The translations under genes and the position numbers were made by a program. A stretch of DNA of 60,795 nucleotides, taken from IMG/VR virus record IMGVR_UViG_3300031111_000236, one strand, 5' to 3'. The notes below the pieces were generated by a model. It was not told where the DNA came from and made no database searches. It saw only the letters and a list, made by a program, of their open reading frames with translations. Position 1 is the first letter of the stretch; the number at the start of each line of letters is the position of its first letter. This DNA comes from an uncultured virus (IMG/VR IMGVR_UViG_3300031111_000236) (lineage: Duplodnaviria; Heunggongvirae; Uroviricota; Caudoviricetes). Shown here piece after piece: positions 57,967-60,795 of this stretch.

Positions 57967-58135
57967 AGCGATACACGGGAGGATAGGGGACTGTCTTCTG
58001 TGTGGTGAAGGTATAGACACTTGGGACGATGACAAGCACGTGGCGAGCAACAACGGCAAGAAGTGGTACGTCACGACCTCTCCTCTTGCGTTCCAGATGA
58101 TAGCTCACAAGAGGTGTGTAAATGCCCAAACGTAA
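57953..58135 (+). CDS. small Zn-binding protein
   Basis: CLLC...HKRC. Confidence 0.5.
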   Translation: MRGPEAIHGRIGDCLLCGEGIDTWDDDKHVASNNGKKWYVTTSPLAFQMIAHKRCVNAQT

Positions 58136-58385
58136 GCTCAGAGTGACCAGAAAGGAGTTCCCAGATTTCGACACGGTGATGAGCTATGTCTTTGCTTTAC
58201 ACGAGCAGTTAGACATAATGGAAGATTCAAGGATTACGTTGGCATTAGGAGGACAGGCAACTACGGATAGCGAAGTATTCGATAATGCGGAGTTCACCAT
58301 TGACGATATCCTGCACACCATAGAAACGAATTACAGTGAGTTCGCAAGAAAAAGAATCATGGAGATAACAAATAACGGGAGATGA
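58122..58385 (+). CDS. hypothetical protein
   Basis: GAGGTG SD. Confidence 0.6.
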   Translation: MPKRKLRVTRKEFPDFDTVMSYVFALHEQLDIMEDSRITLALGGQATTDSEVFDNAEFTIDDILHTIETNYSEFARKRIMEITNNGR

Positions 58386-58389
58386 AAAA

Positions 58390-58716
58390 ATGTTCACGTG
58401 TGCGACCTGTGGAGAAGAAACCAACTCTGTATGGCGAGATGCCAAGAGTGAGCGAGGAAAAGGCGACTGCAACAAGTGTCACGAGGCCAAAAGCCTACGG
58501 GAGATGCCCCCACCACCTCTCGACGAGATGTCGAAGTCCAAGGAGGGCGGCTTCGAAGCGTATAGGGAGTGGCCTCATCACTACATACCGTCCAAGTGTC
58601 CGTACTGCGACGGTAAGCCTAAAGCGAGCACGCTCGCAATCGATACCGAGCGAGACATCGTGATGGAAGTAGTATACTGCGAGCACTGCAAGGTGCGCTT
58701 CGGCGTATGCTCGTAG
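58390..58716 (+). CDS. double Zn-ribbon protein
   Basis: Four CxxC. Confidence 0.65.
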   Translation: MFTCATCGEETNSVWRDAKSERGKGDCNKCHEAKSLREMPPPPLDEMSKSKEGGFEAYREWPHHYIPSKCPYCDGKPKASTLAIDTERDIVMEVVYCEHCKVRFGVCS

Positions 58717-58878
58717 ATAACATTTTTATATCAACAATACATCATGTTTAGTGAGGAGCGGTATTGCCGCCGCTCTTCACACACCTTTGGACCTTTGGAC
58801 CAAATTTACCTTCAAGTAGGGGCTTCCTTCTTACTATCAACCTTAATCTTTTTATACTTCGTACCCCTCGTATCGAGC

Positions 58879-59445
58879 ATGACGAAAGTACCAGTTGACT
58901 TGGGGACCTTCGAGGAGCTTCCGAAGTCATCGCACTTCCAGAGCGAGGTCAAGACGGGTCGTTTCATCAGGGGCGAGATGGAGAGGCTGTTCACAAAGAA
59001 CGCTATGTCCTTGGGTACGGGTAGCAGGGTATTTCAGACACGAGCTGTAGCTCACTACGACATCAAGGGTATCAAGTTCTCTATCCAGTACATCATAGGA
59101 ACCGAGGTTAATTATGATGGCACAGTCGGAAAGGCTGAGCCTGTATACCATAGGTTCGTGATAGTTAAGAGCGAATCACTCAAAGAGCTTCTCTGGAGAC
59201 TCGACAAGATGGAGGCCGACCTAAAGCCCCACAGGAGCAACTTTGCCATGACCTTCTTCAACGAGCCAGGAGACTTCAGGACAGAGCAGAAGATGGACAC
59301 CTTGAACGAGTTCAATGCTCACGTTACCAAGGTTATCAAGAAGGATATCCAGGTGTGTCAGTCTGCTATATCGGGTCTCAGCTTGAAGGCCAGGGTCATA
59401 TCGGAACATAAAGACGCTCTTGAAGAGCTTGGGTTTGAGGCTTGA
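58879..59445 (+). CDS. hypothetical protein
   Basis: Leaderless promoter at 58840. Confidence 0.7.
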   Translation: MTKVPVDLGTFEELPKSSHFQSEVKTGRFIRGEMERLFTKNAMSLGTGSRVFQTRAVAHYDIKGIKFSIQYIIGTEVNYDGTVGKAEPVYHRFVIVKSESLKELLWRLDKMEADLKPHRSNFAMTFFNEPGDFRTEQKMDTLNEFNAHVTKVIKKDIQVCQSAISGLSLKARVISEHKDALEELGFEA

Positions 59446-59702
59446 TGAACAAGGACGAGCTTAGGATGTCGCTGTGGTTTGGTGTACTCATCAAGCTCTG
59501 TGGTGGCTTTCTAATCGGCCTCGGTATGATGGGAACCATAGGGTTCGTAGTCACTAACAGGCTGGACATAGCGGTCATGAGCGTGCTCTTGACCATCATC
59601 GGGGTCATTATGCTTGGGCATAAGGAGGACAAATACAATGGACAATGCGGAGCCAGTGATGTATATCATCGTAAACAGCGACCTAAAGATGAGCAAGGGT
59701 AA
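59442..59702 (+). CDS. small membrane protein
   Basis: Two TM helices. Confidence 0.6.
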   Translation: MMNKDELRMSLWFGVLIKLCGGFLIGLGMMGTIGFVVTNRLDIAVMSVLLTIIGVIMLGHKEDKYNGQCGASDVYHRKQRPKDEQG

Positions 59703-60000
59703 GATAGCGGCCCAGGCCGCTCATGTTGCCACTAAAGCCAGTCATTTCGCCGCTAATCAATCTGACCACAGGTTAGATGACTGGAATAAATGGTGGTTAG
59801 GCTCGCATACCAAGATAGTGCTAAAGGCTCCCGAGAAGGCACTCAATGACCTCCTTGAACTTGGAGAGCATGACTGGTGCTTCGGAGTTATCGATGAGGG
59901 TAGGACTGAGGTTGCGAGCGGGTCTCTCACAGCGATAGCCACGATACCGATATTGAAGGGGTCCGCAGGTCCCGCAATCAATGACCTCAAGTTACTGTAA
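59638..60000 (+). CDS. pth2: peptidyl-tRNA hydrolase 2
   Basis: DLKMSKGKIAAQAAH, KIVLK, DEGRTEV..GSLTA. Confidence 0.93.
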   Translation: MDNAEPVMYIIVNSDLKMSKGKIAAQAAHVATKASHFAANQSDHRLDDWNKWWLGSHTKIVLKAPEKALNDLLELGEHDWCFGVIDEGRTEVASGSLTAIATIPILKGSAGPAINDLKLL

Positions 60001-60013
60001 TGGAGATGAGAAA

Positions 60014-60795
60014 ATGTACACGACAGCAGATAGGGAAAACGCCCTACTGATACACGCAGATATGGTGGAGGACACGGCGTACCAGCAGATACAGGAGATA
60101 GTGAAGCATCCAGCCTTTAAAGAGCTGATAGCCATAATGCCAGATGTTCATGCTGGTGCTGGCTGTGTGATAGGCTTCACGGGAAAGTTCAGGAACGCTG
60201 TCATACCCAACATCGTAGGGGTAGATATCGGGTGCGGGGTTCTTACCTATCCGATAGGGAAGGTAGACGTTGACTTCGAGGCTTTCGACGAGCACGCACG
60301 AGAACGGGTTCCTCTTGGCTTCCGTTCGAGAGGCAAGGCTCACCCTTACTTCGAGTCTCATGCGGACGTACAGATAAGGATGGAGCTTATAGAGGACGAG
60401 TTCTATCAGCACTACGGGGTAAAGATGTCAAAGCAACCCGAGCTACAGATAGGTACGCTCGGCGGGGGCAATCACTTCATCGAGATAGATGAGGCTCCTG
60501 ACGGTGAGAAGTTCATCACGATACACTCAGGCTCAAGGAACTTCGGTCTGAAGGTGGCCAACTACTTCCAGAGCAAGGCCAAGAAGCTGATGGAAGAGAT
60601 GTCGCTTGAGGTCCCCGCAGGTCTTGAGTATCTGCCTATGAGTTTCGGTGGTGAAGAGTACATGAGGTGGCTCCACATAGCCCAGGACTACGCCCTCTTG
60701 AACAGGGCTATCATGATGACCGAGCTGTTGGAGTTCTTCGAGCTTCCGTATATGCACTCAAGGTCTACCTTGTCGGTTCACAACTACATCTCAAA
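60014..60795 (+). CDS. rtcB: RNA ligase RtcB (runs off the window; absent from the ORF track)
   Basis: Hand translation: MPDVHAGAGCVIG, VGVDIGCG, GTLGGGNHFIE, HSGSRNFG, HNY. Confidence 0.95.
   Translation, partial: MYTTADRENALLIHADMVEDTAYQQIQEIVKHPAFKELIAIMPDVHAGAGCVIGFTGKFRNAVIPNIVGVDIGCGVLTYPIGKVDVDFEAFDEHARERVPLGFRSRGKAHPYFESHADVQIRMELIEDEFYQHYGVKMSKQPELQIGTLGGGNHFIEIDEAPDGEKFITIHSGSRNFGLKVANYFQSKAKKLMEEMSLEVPAGLEYLPMSFGGEEYMRWLHIAQDYALLNRAIMMTELLEFFELPYMHSRSTLSVHNYIS

Noticed and set aside
49..60757. Numerous minus-strand ORFs in the track (e.g. 4437-5309, 24064-24927, 38986-39810, 55167-55958, 60044-60412)
   Set aside because: They are antisense shadows of well-supported + strand genes, with no motifs, SD or promoters.
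1..60795. CRISPR array, integrase/transposase, or DGR template/variable repeats
   Set aside because: No regularly spaced repeats, recombinase motifs or reverse transcriptase were seen.

Overview
This window looks like part of a large archaeal virus or other extrachromosomal element; the host is unassigned and no capsid, portal or terminase gene is recognisable here. About 80 mostly hypothetical genes lie almost all on the + strand, with archaeal TATA/BRE promoters, GGTGA Shine-Dalgarno sites and many leaderless starts. Recognisable genes include three tRNAs, RtcB, Pth2, two radical SAM proteins, an SF2 helicase, a family-4 UDG, two Ogg/HhH glycosylases, a Toprim/Topo VI A-like protein, a PD-(D/E)XK nuclease, a SLOG protein, a secreted Zn phospholipase C/S1-P1 fold protein and two paralogous ~1000-aa surface proteins. 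The main unexplained signal is a shared N-terminal tag, [WF]-x2-[DENS]-[PS]-x-RH-x-L-x3-G[IV], on 14 proteins from several unrelated families. In 11 of them it is followed by an F-[AGS] site that also recurs at internal domain boundaries, suggesting a virion cargo-targeting and protease-maturation system. Other signals are a ~390-nt highly structured ncRNA beside tRNA-Met, three promoter architectures (ATTGTCTT box, twin TATA boxes 22 bp apart, leaderless ACCC..TTTTTATA), strong enrichment of CCTCTTG/CAAGAGG, and an origin-like AT-rich repeat region. All calls are by eye, without database searches.
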